Shown one piece after another: positions 47,301-61,165 of a stretch of DNA of 64,000 bases (position 1 is its first letter; every line of letters starts with the position of its first letter). Below the pieces are notes generated by a model that had not been told where the DNA came from, made no database searches, and saw nothing but the letters and a program-made list of their open reading frames with translations. A program made the position numbers and the translations under genes. The stretch is taken from the NCBI RefSeq assembly GCF_044704955.1, contig NC_091987.1, positions 69,006,001 to 69,070,000 on the forward strand, given 5' to 3'. Source of the DNA: Pristiophorus japonicus. Taxonomy: Eukaryota.

Positions 47301-49090
47301 GGTACAATGTGGGAGGCCAGCCAGGAATGCATTGGAATAGTCAAGTTTGGAGGTAACTGGCATGGATAAGGGCTTCAGCAGCAGATGAGCTGTGGCAGGG
47401 ACGAAGACGGGCAATGTTACGGCGATGGAAATAGGCGGTCATAGTTATGCTGCGGATATGTGGTTGTAAGCTAATTTCAGTGTCAAATATGACCCCAAGG
47501 TTACGAACAGTCCGAGCCAGATGCCACGGAGAGGAATGGAGTTGGTGGCTAGGGAATGGAGTTTGTGGCGGGGCCCGAAGATAATGGCTTTGGTCTTCCC
47601 AATATTTAATTGGAGAAAATTTCTGCTCATCCGGTCCTGGATGTCGGACAAGCAGTGTGTCAATTTCGAGACCACGGAGGGGCCGAGAGAAGTGGTGGTG
47701 AGGTAGAGCTGGGTTTTGTCAGCATATATGTGGAAACTGACAGTGTTTTTAGATGATGTCACCAAGGGGCAGCATATAGATGAGAAATAGGAGGAGACAA
47801 GGATAGATGCTTGGGGGACACCAGAGGTAATGATGTATGAGTGGGAGGAGAAGCCATTGCAGGTGACTTTCTGGCTACGATTAGCTAGATAAGAATAGAA
47901 CCAGGCGAGTGCAGTCCCACCCAGCTGGATGATGGTGGAGAGGCGTTGGAGGAGGAAGGAGTGATTAACCATGTCAAAGGCTGCAGACAGGTCGAGAAGA
48001 ACGAAGAGGGATAGTTTATATTTGTCACAGTCACAAAGGATATTATTTGTGACTTTGATGAGAGCCATTTCGGTACTGTGGCAGGAGCGGAAACCTGATT
48101 GGAGGGACTCAAAACATGGAATTCCCTGTAAGATGGACACGGATTTGGGAGGTGACAACACATTCAAGGATTTTGGGGAGGAAAGGGAGGTTGGAGTTGG
48201 GGCGGTAGTTTGCAAGGACGAAGGGATCAAGGTTGTTTTTTTGAAGAGTGGTGATGACGGCAGATTTGAAGGAGAGGTGGACAGTACCTGAGGAGAGCGA
48301 ACATTAAGAATATCAGCTAACATGGGAGCCATAAAAGGAAGTTGGGTGGTCAGTGGTTCAGTGGGAATAGGATCGAGGGAGCAGGAAGTGGGTCTCGTGG
48401 ACAAGATGAGCGTGGAGAGGTCAAGCGGGGAGATCGGAGAGAAAGATGTGAGTTCAGGGCTAGGGCAGAGGAGCCTTAGAGGAAGTTTAGCCTGGTGGGC
48501 TAGGAGAAGGAAGGCAAATGGCAGAAGCAGCTGATCGGATGGTCTCATACTTAGAGACAAAGAAGTTAATGAGCTCCTCACACTTGTTGGAGGTGAGGGT
48601 GGAAGAGAGAGGGGAAAGGGGTTTAAGAAGATGGTTAGCAGTAGAGAAAAGAAGCCAGGGGTTATCTTTGCATTCCAGAAGAGTCGGACCTGATGATGCT
48701 TTATGTGGTTCAGCCAGATCTAGCGGTGAATGGCTAAACCAGTTGTCCGCCACATCCGTTCAAGTCTGTGTCGCTTGGACTTGAGGGAGCGAAGATGTGG
48801 GCTGTACCAGGGGGAACAGCCAGGGTGAGAGAGTGTAATTGTTTTAATAGGGACGAGGGTATCAAAGGTGAGGGTGGTGAGGGCATGATTGAGCAAATTG
48901 GTAGCTGCAGATTTGTCATGGTGAATGGAAGGCCAAAGGCTGGACAGTTGGGATTTCGTAAGTGTCGTTGTAAGAGAGTTGGTAGAGAATTTGTTCCGGG
49001 GCGAACACAGAAGGAAGTAGGGTTGGGTGAGGGAAGGGTTTTGTGGGTGGAGAGCGATACAAAGAAATGGTCAAAGATGGCCTTATTTTC
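44400..49090 (-). mobile_element. L2 LINE with a (caa)n tail, split by the CR1 at ~44670-47020
   Basis: ORF 47445-48581 has LQSGFR, LLDLSAAFD, GVPQ and YADKTQLY; SKLDYSNAFLAGLP follows. Tail at 44400-44420. Confidence 0.88.
44670..47020 (-). mobile_element. Older CR1 nested in the L2
   Basis: KGKSCLTNLVEFFE...YLDFQKAFDK (45462-45668) and the endonuclease-RT linker (46179-46586). A SINE tail fragment is inserted at ~46582-46660. Confidence 0.82.
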
Positions 49091-49099
49091 GGTAGGAGA

Positions 49100-50970
49100 A
49101 GTGAGGCCACGAGAGTTGAGAAGATCCTCTTCCTTATCTACATGTTGCTACAGGAAGTTGGCTTTCACATGTATACCAATAATACTCAACTGTACTTCTC
49201 AATCGCCTCAATTGATCTTTTTCTGCTTCTATGTAGTCTGCCTGCTTGTCTGACATCCAGTCCTGAATGAGTCATAGCTTCGCCCAGTTTAACATTGGAA
49301 GACTGGAGTCTTTGTCTTTGGTTGTAATCTTTCATCCTTGTCAAAAATGTCCATTTGACATCGATTCCATTCCTCCCTGGCCACAGTCTTGGTTTAATCC
49401 AAACTATTTATAACCTTGACATCCGGTTTGACCCTGAGCTGACATTGACCCTGTTTCCCTTAAGACTGCCTAGTTCCACCTGTAGTGACATTGCTGGTCT
49501 CTGCTCTCGTTCAGTTCCTGTAGCCTTCGTACAAACATATGTTGCCTTCATACTCAACTGAGTATGTTGCCGTCATCGTCCCAACGCTCTTCTCAATCTT
49601 CCTTGCTGCCATGCTCCACCTCACAGTCGACAAGCTTCCCGCTGGAGTGGAACTAAACTACAGAACCAGTGGGAACCTGTTCAACCTTCGCCGTCTCCAG
49701 GCCACATCCAAGACCACCTCAACCTCTGTTGTCGAGCGACAGTACGTGGACGACGCCTGCGCCTGCGCACACACAGGCTGAACTCCAGGACATAGTTGAT
49801 GTATTTACTGAGGTGTACGAAAGCATGGGCCTTACGCTAAACATCAGTAAGACAAGGGTCCTCCACCAGCCTGTCCTCACCACACAGCACTGTCCCCCAG
49901 TCATCAAGATCCATGGTGCGGCCCTGGACACCGTGGACCACTTCCCTTATCTCGGGAGCCTCCTATCAACAAGAACAGGCATTGATGATGAGGTCCAGCA
50001 CTGCCTCCAGTGCGCCAGTGCAGTCTTCGGCTGCCTGAGGAAAAGAGTGTTTGAAGACCAGGCACTCAAAACTGCCACCAAGCTCATGGTCTACAGGGCT
50101 GTAGTAATACCAATCCTCCTGTATGGCTCATAAACATGGACCATGTACAGCAGACACCTCAAGTCGCTGGAGAAATACCACCAACGATGTCTCCGCAAGA
50201 TCGTAAAATCCCCTGGGAGGACAGACGTATCAACGTTGGTGCCCTTGACCAGGCCAACATCCCCAGCATTGAAGCACTGACCACACTTGATCAGCCCTGC
50301 TGGGCAGGCCACATTGTTCACATGCCAGACACGAGACTCCCAAAGCAAGCGCTCTACTCGGAACTCCTTCACGGCAAACGAGCCAAAGGTGGGCAGCGGG
50401 AACGTTACAAGGACACCCTCAAAGCCTCCCTGATGAAGTGCAACATCCCCACCGACACCTGGGAGTCCCTGGCCAAAGACCGCCCTAAGGGGAGGAAGTG
50501 CATCCAGGAGGGCGCTGAGCTCCTCGAATCTCGTCACCAAGTGCAGGCAGCGGAAAGAGTGTGCGGCAAACCAGTCCCACCCACCCCTTCCCTCAATGAC
50601 AATTTGTCCCACCTGTGACAGAGACTGTGGTTATTGTATTGGACTGTACAGCCACCTAAGAACTCATGTTAAGAGTGGAAGTAAGTCTTCCTCGATTCCG
50701 AGGGACTGCCTATGATGATGCTGATCATGCTCAACTATTCTAATACTCTCCTTCATGGCATCGCATCTTCCAGTCAGTATAACTCCAAATTTTCCAAAAT
50801 TCTGCTTCACATATCCTGTTCGCACTAAGTCCTGCTCACCTATAACCCCTATCCTCACTGACCTACATCGATTTCCACTACCTTTTAAATTTAACATCCA
50901 TATCCATGTCTTTAAATCCTTCCATGATCTTGAGCCACTATATCACTGTAAACCCCTCTCCTCTCCCATC
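49100..50970 (+). mobile_element. Decayed L2 fragment hosting an RTE
   Basis: FHMYTNNTQLY and SPITPILTDLH L2-type remnants lie on either side of the RTE. Confidence 0.6.
49560..50724 (+). mobile_element. RTE LINE, 5'-truncated
   Basis: QYVDD RT motif and (tga)n tail. TSD TCATACTCAACT (49548-49559) / TCATGCTCAACT (50725-50736). Confidence 0.9.
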
Positions 50971-51100
50971 TAAGTACATCATTCTGTAAGGTTGAAATGT
51001 CACTTCCTCAAAAAATTAATTGACTGTTCTCCGTGTATTGCCCAAATAAGTGTGTTTAGTTTTTGTGCAGAATTAAAGGTAGGGTTTATTCTGAATTCTT

Positions 51101-54100
51101 CATAGGCAGTCCCTCAAAATCGAGGAAGACTTGCTTCCACTCTAAAAGTGAGTTCTCAGGAGACTGTACAGTCCTATACAGGAATTACAGTCTGTGTCAT
51201 AGGTGGGACAGTCATTGAAGGAATGGGTGTGTGGGGAGTCTGGTTCGCCGCATGCTCCTTCAGCTGTCTGCACTTGGTTTACGCTTACCGTGTAGGAGTT
51301 CTGAGTTCTGCTTTGGGAGTCTCGTGTCGGACATGTGGACAATGTGGCCTGCCCAAAGGAGCTGGTCGAGTGTGGTCAGTGCTTCGATGCTGGGGATGTT
51401 AACCTGATCGAGAACACTGACATTGGTGCATCTATCCTCCCAGTGAATTTGCAGGATCTTGCGGAGGCAGCACTGGTGGTATTTCTCCAGTGCTTTGATA
51501 GAAACATAGAAAATAGGTGCAGGAGTAGGCCATTCAGCCCTTCTAGCCTGCACCGCCATTCAATGAGTTCATGGCTGAACATGCAACTTCAGTACCCCAT
51601 TCCTGCTTTCTCGCCATACCCCTTGATCCCCCGAGTAGTAAGGACTTCATCTAACTCCCTTTTGAATATATTTAGTGAATTGGCCTCAACTACTTTCTGT
51701 GGTAGAGAATTCCACAAGTTCACCACTCTCTGGGTGAAGAAGTTTCTCCTCATCTCGGTCCCAAATAGCTTACCCCTTATCCTTAGACTGTGACCCCTGG
51801 TTCTGGACTTCCCCATTGGGAACATTCTTCCTGCATCTAACCTGTCTAAACCCGTTAGAATTTTAAACGTTTCTATGAGGTCCCCTCTCATTCTTCTGAA
51901 CTCCAGTGAATACAAGCCCAGTTGATCCAGTCTTTCTTGATAGGTCAGTCCCACCATCCCGGGAATCAGTTTGGTGAATCTTCGCTGCACTCCCTCAATA
52001 GCAAGAATGTCCTTCCTCAAGTTAGGAGACCAAAACTGTACACAATACTCCAGGTGTGGCCTCACCAAGGCCCTGTACAACTGAAGCAACACCTCCCTGC
52101 CCCTGTACTCAAATCCCCTCGCTATGAAGGCCAACATGCCATTTGCTTTCTTAACCGCCTGCTGTACCTGCATGCCAACCTTCAATGACTGATGTACCAT
52201 GACACCCAGGTCTCGTTGCACCTCCCCTTTTCCTAATCTGTCACCATTCAGATAATAGTCTGTCTCTCTGTTTTTACCACCAAAGTGGATAACCTCACAT
52301 TTATCCACATTATACTTCATCTGCCATGCATTTGCCCACTCACCTAACCTATCCAAATCACTCTGCAGCCTCATAGCATCCTCCTCGCAGCTCACACTGC
52401 CACCTAACTTAGTGTCATCCGCAAATTTGGAGATACTACATTTAATCCCCTCGTCTAAATCATTTATGTACAATGTAAACAGCTGGGGCCCCAGCACAGA
52501 ACCTTACGGTACCCCACTAATCACTGCCTGCCATTCTGGAAAGTACCCATTTACTCCTACTCTTTGCTTCCTGTCTGCCAACCAGTTCTCAATCCACGTC
52601 AGCACACTACCTCCAATCCCATGTGCTTTAACTTTGCACATTAATCTCTTGTGTGGGACCTTGTCGAAAGCCTTCTGAAAGTCCAAATATACCACATCAA
52701 CTGGTTCTCCCTTGTCCACTTTACTGGAAACAACCTCAAAAAATTCCAGAAGGTTTGTCAAGCATGATTTCCCTTTCACAAATCCATGCTGACTTGGACC
52801 TATCATGTCACCATTTTCCAAATGCACTGCTATGACATCCTTAATAATTGATGTATATGGTCCACATCTCTGAGCCATATAGGAGGGCGGGTATCACTAT
52901 TGCCGTGTCGACCATAAGCTTGGTGCCAGATTTCAAGCGACCGAAGGCTGCGCTGGTACACGAGGCAGTGTTGGACCTCACCGTTGATGTCTGCCATTGT
53001 TGAGGTATGGAAAATGGTCCACATTGTCCAAGGCCATGCCGTGGATTCTTATGACCGGGGGGGCAGTGGTGTGTGGCGGGGTCAGGTTGGTGGAGGACCT
53101 TTGTCTTACGGATGTTTAGTGTAAGGCCCATGCTTTCGTACGCCTCGGTGAAGATGTTGATGGTGGCTTGGAGTTCAGCCTCCAAGGTTGCCATTGGTTC
53201 TATAGTTTAGTTCCACTCCAGCGGGGAGCTTGTTGAGAGTGAGATGGAGCATTGCAGCAAGGAAGATTGAGAAGTGTGTTGGCGCAATGATGCAGCCCTG
53301 CCTGACCCCGGTCCGGCCGTGGATTGGGTCTGTGGTGGATCTATTGGTCAGGATCATGGCTTGCATGTAGTCATGGAGCAGGCGGAGGATGGTGACAAAC
53401 TTTTGGGGGCAACCGAAACTGAGGAGGACACTCCATAGTCTCTCATGGATGTCTGTGTTAAAGGCCTTTGTGAGGTCAAAGAAGGCCATGTACAAGGGTT
53501 GATGCTGTTCCCTGCATTTCTCTTGTAGTTGTCGTGTGGTGAAGATCATGTCCGTTGTACCCCTTAATGGACGGAATCCGCATTGTGACAATGGGAGGTG
53601 CTCTTCAGCCACAGGGAGAAGACGGCTGAGGAGGATTCTAGCGATGACTTTCCCAGTGGCCGACAGCAGGGAGATTCCTCTGTAGTTACCGCAGTCAGAC
53701 TGGTCCCCTTTTTTTAAAGATGGTCACGATTACGGCATTTCTGAGATCTCCCGGCATGCTCTCCTCCTTCCAGATAAGAGAGATGAGGTCATGCATTCAT
53801 GCCAATAGTGCTTCTCCACCATACTTTAGTACCTCATCGGGGATTCCATCTGCTCCTGGTGCCTTGTTCTTGAGCTGATGGATGGCCTTTTCTACCTCAT
53901 GCAGAGCTAGGGTTTTGCTGAGATGGTGGCGGATAGCATGCTGCGGGATGGAGTCGAGGACACTCATGTCAAAGGCAGAGTCTTGATTAAGGAGATCTTT
54001 TGAAGTGCTCCTTCCAGAGGGCCCTGCCTGCCTCGATGTCCTTGATGAGTGTCTCTCTGTTCTTGGCCAGCAGTCGGCTGGGGCCTTGGGTGCTTGGGCC

Positions 54101-55035
54101 GTAGGTGGACTTAACTGCGGTGAAGAATCCTCGCATGTCACGGCTGTCGGCCAGCTGCTGGATGTCCTGTGCTTTCTCCACCCACCATCTATTCTTTAGG
54201 TCACGAGTATTTTGTTGGACCTCGGCCTTCAGCTATCTGTAGAGCTGCTTTGATGCTCCAGAATTGGATTGCTGCTTTCAGTTCAGAAATGCCTTGCGCT
54301 TGTGGTTCATTAGCTCCTAGATCTCCTGGTCATGCTCATCAAATCAATCCTGGTTGAGTGACCGAGCCTCTCTTCGCAGGTGCTGGTTATGGTGGCCTGG
54401 AGGGCAGACGAAGCACTGTGGGCATTCTGGGTCATCGAGGGTTGCCAGGTTGGCAGTGAGACTGTATAGGGCTGTCGTAACTGGATATTTGAGTGCCCCA
54501 GCGTTGATTTTTCTGCGCCATTGCTTCTGTTGCCGTCGTCGCTTTGGGACTATATTAATGTTGATGACGGATCGGATTAGGCGATGGTCCGTCCAGCAGT
54601 CGTCGGCTCCTGTCATGGCACAGGTGATGCACATGTCCTTGCGGTCCCTCACTCGGAAGATGACTTAGTCGAGCAGGTGCCAGTGCTTGGAGCGAGGGTG
54701 TTGCCATGATGCCTTGTACTTGTCCCTCTGGCAGAACAAGGTGCTGGTGACAACAAGGTCGTGTTCTAGGCATTTTGTCAGGAGCAGGGTACAGGTGGAG
54801 TTGGTTTTCCCTACCCACTCTCTGCCGATCACACCTCCCCAGAGGTCTGTGTCCTGACCGATTCTGATGTTGAAGTCGCCGGGGAGGATGAGTTTGTCGC
54901 CCGTAGGGACGCGGGACAGGGATTGTTCGAGGCTGGAGTAGAATTCCTCTTTGGCCTCATCTGTTGCGTCGAGTGTTGGGGCGTACGCACTGATAACTGT
55001 GGCGCACTGGTCCCGGGATAGGGTGAACCGGAGAG
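51101..55035 (-). mobile_element. Long RTE LINE (endonuclease plus RT remnants) with a ~90-bp TSD
   Basis: Endonuclease VISAYAPT...GDFN and WTDHRL; RT QCGFR...FFDLTKAF...GVRQGC. Direct repeat at 51008-51097 and 55036-55125. Confidence 0.9.
51500..52847 (-). mobile_element. Young CR1 3' part inserted in the RTE
   Basis: ORF 51589-52497 is nearly identical to the C-terminus of 4175-6226. TTGAT flanks both ends. Confidence 0.9.
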
Positions 55036-55307
55036 TCAAAAATTTAATTGACTGTTCTTAGTGTATTGCCCAAATAAGTGTGTTTAATTTGTGTGCAGAA
55101 TTAAAAGAAGGGCTTACACTGAATTAATTCATGAACAGCTAGTAAATTATTAGCTCAATGCACATACTGATATATATTTTTTTCTTTTTATGTTAAAACC
55201 AACAGGAGATTCCCATCAAGAATTTGTATGGGTCAGAGGTTTTTTTAGCTGCAAATTTGCTTGCGTGAATTTCACCCATGGTATCAAGTGGAGCAGGAAA
55301 ACAGAAA

Positions 55308-57027
55308 TTTCCTTAGACTGTGACTTCTGGTTCTGGACTTCCCCAACATTGGGAACATTCTTCCTGCATTTAACCTGTTCAGTCCAGTCAGAATGTTATA
55401 TGTTTCTATGAGATCTCCTCTCATTCATCTAAACTCCAGTGAATACAGGCCCAGTCGATCCAGTTTCCCCTCATATGCCAGTCCCGCCATCCCAGGAATC
55501 AGTCTGGTGAATCTTCGCTGCACTCCCTCAATAGCAAGAACAACCTTCCTCAGATTAGGAGACCAAAACTGAACACACTATTCCAGGTGAGGCCTCACTA
55601 AGGCGCCCTGTACAACTGCAGTAAGATCTCCTTGCTCCTATACTCAAATCCCCTAGCTATGAAGGCCAACATGCCTTCTTCACCGCCTGCTGTACCTGCA
55701 TGCCAACTTTCAATGACTGATGTACCATGACACCTCCCCTTTTCCTAATCTGCCGTCATTCAGATAATATTCTGCCTTCATGTTTTTGCCACCAAAGTGG
55801 ATAACCTCACATTTATCCACATTATACTGCATCTGCCTTGCATTTGCCCACTAACCGACCTGTTCAAGTCACCCTGCAGCCTCTTAGCATCCTTCTCACA
55901 GCTCACACTGCCACCCAGCTTAGTGTCGTCTGCAAGCTTGGAGCTATTCCATTCAATTCCTTCATCTAAATCATTTGATGTATATTGTAAATAGCTGGGG
56001 TTCCAGCACTGAGCCCTGCGGCACCCCACTAGTCACTGAGAACGACCCGTTTATCCCTGCTTCCTGTCTGCCAACCAGTTCTCTATCCACATCAATACAT
56101 TACCCTCAATACCATGTGCTTTAATTTTGCACACTAATCTCTTTTGTGGGGCCTTGTCAAAAGCCTTTTGAAAATCCAAATACACCACATCCACTGGTTC
56201 TTCCTTGTCCACTCAACTAATTACACCCTCAAAAAATTCTAGTAGATTTGTCAAGCATGATTTCCCTTTCATAAATCCATGCTGACTTGGACTGATCCTG
56301 TCACTGCTTTCCAAATGCGCTGCTATTTCATCCTTAATAATTGATTCCAACATTTTCCCCACTACTGATGTCAGGCTAACTGGTCTATAATTACCCGTTT
56401 TCTTTCTCCCTCCCTTTTTAAAAAGTGGTGTTACATTAGCCACCCTCCAGTTCATAGGAACTAATCCAGAGTCGGTAGACTGTTGGAAAATGATCACCAA
56501 TGCATCCACTATTTCTAGGGCCACTTCCTTAAGAACTCTGGGATGCAGACTATCAGGTCCTGGGGATTTATCGGCCTTCAATCCCATCAATTTCCCTAAC
56601 ACAATATCCTGACTAATAAGGATTTCCTTCAGTTTCTTCTTCTCGCTAGACCCTCAGTCCCCTAGTAGTTCCAGAAGGTTATATGTATCTTCCTTTTGTG
56701 AAGACCAAACCAAAGTATTTGTTCAATTGGTCTGCCATTTCTTTGTTCCCCATTATAAATTCACCTGATTCTGACTGCAAGGGATCTATGTTTGTCTTCA
56801 CTAATCTTTTTCTCTTCACATATCTATAGAAGCTTTTGCAGTCAGTTTTTATGTTCCCAGCAAGCTTCCTCTCATACTCTATTTTCCCCCTCCTAATTAA
56901 ATCCTTTGTCCTCCTTTGCTGAATTCTAAATTTCTCCCAGTCCTCCGGTTTGCTGCTTTTTCTGGCCAATTTAAATGCCTCTTCCTTGAATTTAACGCTA
57001 TCCCTAAGTTTCCTTGTTAGCCACGGT
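55308..57027 (-). mobile_element. CR1 internal fragment
   Basis: ORFs 56213-56602 and 56679-56969 are CR1 ORF2. Confidence 0.88.
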
Positions 57028-57718
57028 AAATAGCTTTATAAGTGTTAGATCTGAGTGGCTTGGGAAAGATTTTAATCGCTGAATTGAAATTCTGTATGTT
57101 GCCATTTTGTTTTTGCTCTTTACTGCGACTGACCAGAAGTTAGGTACTTGCCCACAAGAAAAGTGATTAGCCATTTGTCCTCTGTAATTCTGTTCACCTC
57201 ATAGTGGCATGGGTAGGATTCTAAGGACTATTTGTGCTACCCTTTCAGTAGGATATTGGTACATTGGGGAGAGTGCAGTTGGGGATGGCAATAAATTAAA
57301 TAATGCTGTTTGGCTGTGGGAAGGTGAGAATAGAGTTGCATTCTTTTAGCCTCCTGAGGCCAAGCAGCCAACTGTAGTTAAGAGAGTTGATTGGCAACTT
57401 TCTGTTCATGCTCCAGTCAGCCACTGGAGAGCGAGCTGATTTGCTTCTGATACTGGCCTGTGTGAAGACACTCCTCTGCACAGCACCTCCCAGCGAAAGT
57501 GTAGTTGAGTTCAGGAGTGGGAATCAAACCTGCTTCTCACTATTCATGGAGTCACACTGGTGCCTTTGTGATTTATATGTGTTGTATACCTTGAGGGGTG
57601 TGCGGGCAGTGGGAATGTGGTTTTAAGTGTTGTATTTAAATAAATACATCCGGTATTCCTGTAAAGTCACAAGTCTAGTGTATTCTGCATAATGCAGTTC
57701 CAATTTGCTCAAATTCAG

Positions 57719-57848
57719 GCCTCCATGTGGCTCGACAAGATGAACCAAGTGTATTCGTACTGGTCTGTAATGACCAATCGGGGCAGCAAATGGGGAGAGG
57801 AGGCGAATCCATTCGGGTTAGCATCTTCAACAAGAAGAACAAAGAAAG
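57719..57848 (+). CDS. TRIM45: TRIM45 coding exon 3 (filamin repeat)
   Basis: Acceptor aaattcag|. In phase 1 it reads (G)LHVARQDEPSVFVLVCNDQSGQQMGRGGESIRVSIFNKKNKE. Donor AG|GTGGGT. The phases match exons 2 and 4. Not in the ORF track. Confidence 0.82.
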
Positions 57849-58197
57849 GTGGGTAATTTCTCCAAGAGATAACTGGACCATAAATTAATGTCTCTCAAAA
57901 TGTAGCTGTCTTGCTTTGTAAAGTCGGTTAAGATTATCGAGTAGCTAATTTCGACAGCTTCCATCCCTTGCATCTGATCCAAGTTAATCTGACTCGATTA
58001 AACCAGATCTGATTTTCTTCAGAACTATACATTCCACAAGTCAAATTTAAAACTTTGTTACTTAATTACTGTCCAGAAAGAGCATTTCATGTACAGATTC
58101 TTTGAAACGCACCTTTCAAATGATTCATCTATTGGGAGGAGAATTTCTGCTGCTTTGTATCTACAAGCATTCTACCTGATTTTCTAATAGAATTATC

Positions 58198-59042
58198 GGG
58201 CCCAAGTTTCCGATATCCACTAGAATGGCGTAGCTCCGAGAAGCCCACCTATTTTGTGGAATGAAAAGTGCGGCAAAAACTTACCTCGCGATTCTCCGAG
58301 TGCAGCAGGCCTGTTCAGCAGTCAGCACGATGCAGCACAACAGCCGGTAGGCAGAGCTACAACCCTGGGCCAAAAAGAGCGCCGGCAGCTGTGCGCATGC
58401 GCAATGGAGTCTGCGTGAGTGCGCAGTAGCTCCTGGCCCCCAGATTCTGTGTGCGTGTGCTGCTGGCTGTGTGGGAGGGGCCCGAAGCATGCAGCCCCTA
58501 GCCCTGGCCGAATTGGCTCCTGGAGCGGGCAGAGTGCTGATTTCCAGCCTGCAGCATGCAGCCCCGAGCCCTGGCTGGGCTCCCGGTGCTCCCGAACGGG
58601 TAGGTGAGGTAGAAACTTTTTATTTATTGACTTATTTATCATTTATTATTGATGATGGTTCTTTATTTTTAAAAGTGAAGTGCTTAATGCTTTGGAAAAT
58701 CCCCTAACTTCCCTCTAACTTCCCTTCGCACCCCCCCCAATCTCTGGCTTACCTGCGCCTAATTCTAAAGTGTACGTAAGGTTTTTCTGAGCGTACAAAA
58801 GTCAACAATTACTCCGTTCTAAGTTAGCTTGGAGTAACTTTTCGGTGCCTAAACTTGCAAAATAGGCGTAAGTGGCTGGCGACGCCCCCTTTTGGAAAAC
58901 AAAACTGAACTAAAACGAAACTAAACTAACTCGCTAGAACTGGAGCAAACTAAATGCTGAGAATTGCGATTTCTAAGATACTCCAAACTAACCTAGTTGC
59001 TCCAAAAAAAAATAGGAGCAACTCCACCCGAAACTTGGGCCC
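58198..59042. mobile_element. MITE / non-autonomous Harbinger-like DNA transposon
   Basis: Perfect 13-bp TIR GGGCCCAAGTTTC ... GAAACTTGGGCCC. Confidence 0.8.
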
Positions 59043-59047
59043 ATACA

Positions 59048-59437
59048 AGTCAGAAGATTGTGGGTTCAAGTTCAACACCAGAGACTTGAGCACAAAAATC
59101 TAGGCTGACACTCCAGTGTTGCAATGTCGGAGATGCTGTCTTTCAGATGAGACATTAAACTGAGGCCCCGTCTGCCCTCTCAGGTGGACGTAAAAGATCC
59201 CATGGCACTAGGGGAGTTACCCTGGTGCTCTTATTTATCCCTCAATCAACGTTACTTTTTAGAAAAAAAACAAAGATTATCTGGTCATTATCATATTGCT
59301 GTTTGTGGGAGCTTGTGCACAAATTGTCTGCTGTGTTTCCTACATTACATCAGTGACTACATTTCAAAGGTAGTTAATTGGCTGTTAGATGCTTTGGGAC
59401 ATAATGAGATCGTGAAAGGCGCTATCAAATCTTTTTT
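59048..59437 (+). mobile_element. DeuSINE (SacSINE1-like)
   Basis: B-box ggttcaagt, Deu core gtggacgtaaaagatcccatggcacta, L2-type tail gtgaaaggcgctat. Confidence 0.8.
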
Positions 59438-59534
59438 TAAATGGTACACAATGACATGCTTTGCATAAGCACGAGACACTTGGGTGTATACAGAGCAGAC
59501 TTTATTTAACTCTGTAGAGAGTAGCTTTTCAATT

Positions 59535-60930
59535 TCATAGAATCAATGAAGCTCATGGCAGAGAAGGAGGCCATTCGGCCCATTGTGTCTGCTGGCTGAA
59601 AACGAGCTATCCAGCCTAACCCCACTTTCCAGTTCTTGGTCCATAGACTTGTAGGTTACGGCACTTCAAGTGCAAATCCAAGTACTGTTTAAAGGTGATG
59701 AGGGTTTCTACCATTTCAGGCAGTGAGTTCCAAACCCCCACCACACTCTGGGTGAAAAGATTTGTCCTCAACACCCCTCTAATCCTCCTACCAATTACTT
59801 TAAATCTATGCCCTCTGGTTATTGACCCCTCTGCTAAAGAAAATTGGTCCTTTCTATCTCCTCTATCTAGGCCCCTCATAATTTTATATACCTCAATTAA
59901 ATCTCCCCTCAGTCTCTGTTCTAATGAAAACAACCCCAGTCTATCCAATCTTTCCTCATGGCTAAAATTCTCCAGTCCTGGAATCTCCTTTATACCAACT
60001 CTAGTGCAGTCACATCTTTCCTGTAATATGATCAGAACTGCACACAGTACTCTAGCTGTGGCCTAACTAGTGTTTTATTCAATTCAAGCATAACCTCCCT
60101 GCTCTTGTATTCTATGCCTCGGCTAATAAAGGAAAGTAAATCCCTATGCCTTCTTAACCACCTTATCTACCTGTCCTGTTACCTTCAGGGATCTGTGAAC
60201 ATGCACTCCAAGGTCCCTCTATTCGTCTACATGTCTCCGTATCCTACCATTTATTGTTTATTCCCTTGCTTTGTTAGCCCTCCCCAAATGCATTGCTTCA
60301 TATTTCTCAGGATTGAATTCCATTTGCCACTTTTCTACCCACCTGACCAGTCCATTCATATCTTCTTGCAGTCTACAGCTTTCTTCCTCATTATCAACCA
60401 CACAACAATTTTTTTTATCATCTGCAAACTTTTTAATCATGCCCCCTACATTGAAGTCTAAATCATTGATATATACCACAAAAAACAAGGGACCAAGTAC
60501 TGAGTCCTGTGGAACCCCACTGGAAGCAGCCTTCCAGTCACAAAACACCCATCAATCATTACCCTTTGTTTCCTGCCACAGAGCAAATTTTGGATCCAAC
60601 TTGCCACTCTCCCTTGGATCCCATGGGCTTTTACTTTTCTGACCAGTCTGCCATGTGGGACCTTGTCAAAAGCCTTGCCAAAATCCATATTCACTACATC
60701 AAACGCAGTGCCATCATCGACCCTCCTTGTTACCACCTCAAAAAATTCATTCAAGTTAGTCAGACTCGATCTTCCCTTAACAAATCCGTGCTGACTGTCC
60801 CTGTTGAATCCGTGCTTGTCTTAATGACAATTAATATGGTCCCTCAGAATTTTTTCCAATAATTTGCCCAACACCGAGGTTAGGCTGACTGGCCTGTAAT
60901 TACACGGTCTATCCCTTTCTCCCTTTTTAA
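59535..60930 (-). mobile_element. CR1 3' part
   Basis: DFGKAFDKVPH, GVPQDSVLGP and KFADD. Tail near 59535. Confidence 0.88.
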
Positions 60931-61165
60931 TTAACTATTTCTGTATCTATCTTTGAGCTCTCTAAATAACTGTTTAAAGACATGTTCCTTTTATACACCT
61001 TAGTTTGCCTACATCAAAGATACATGTCCCAGTATCTCTTCCTAAATCCTTTTGAAAACAGTCTATTTACATAAACAGTCATAGTTGTTTACTTCAAAGA
61101 TAATTCCTGACTTAATTTTTCACTTATTCTTTGAGGAGTAGTTTTATTAACCACTTATCTTCCTA

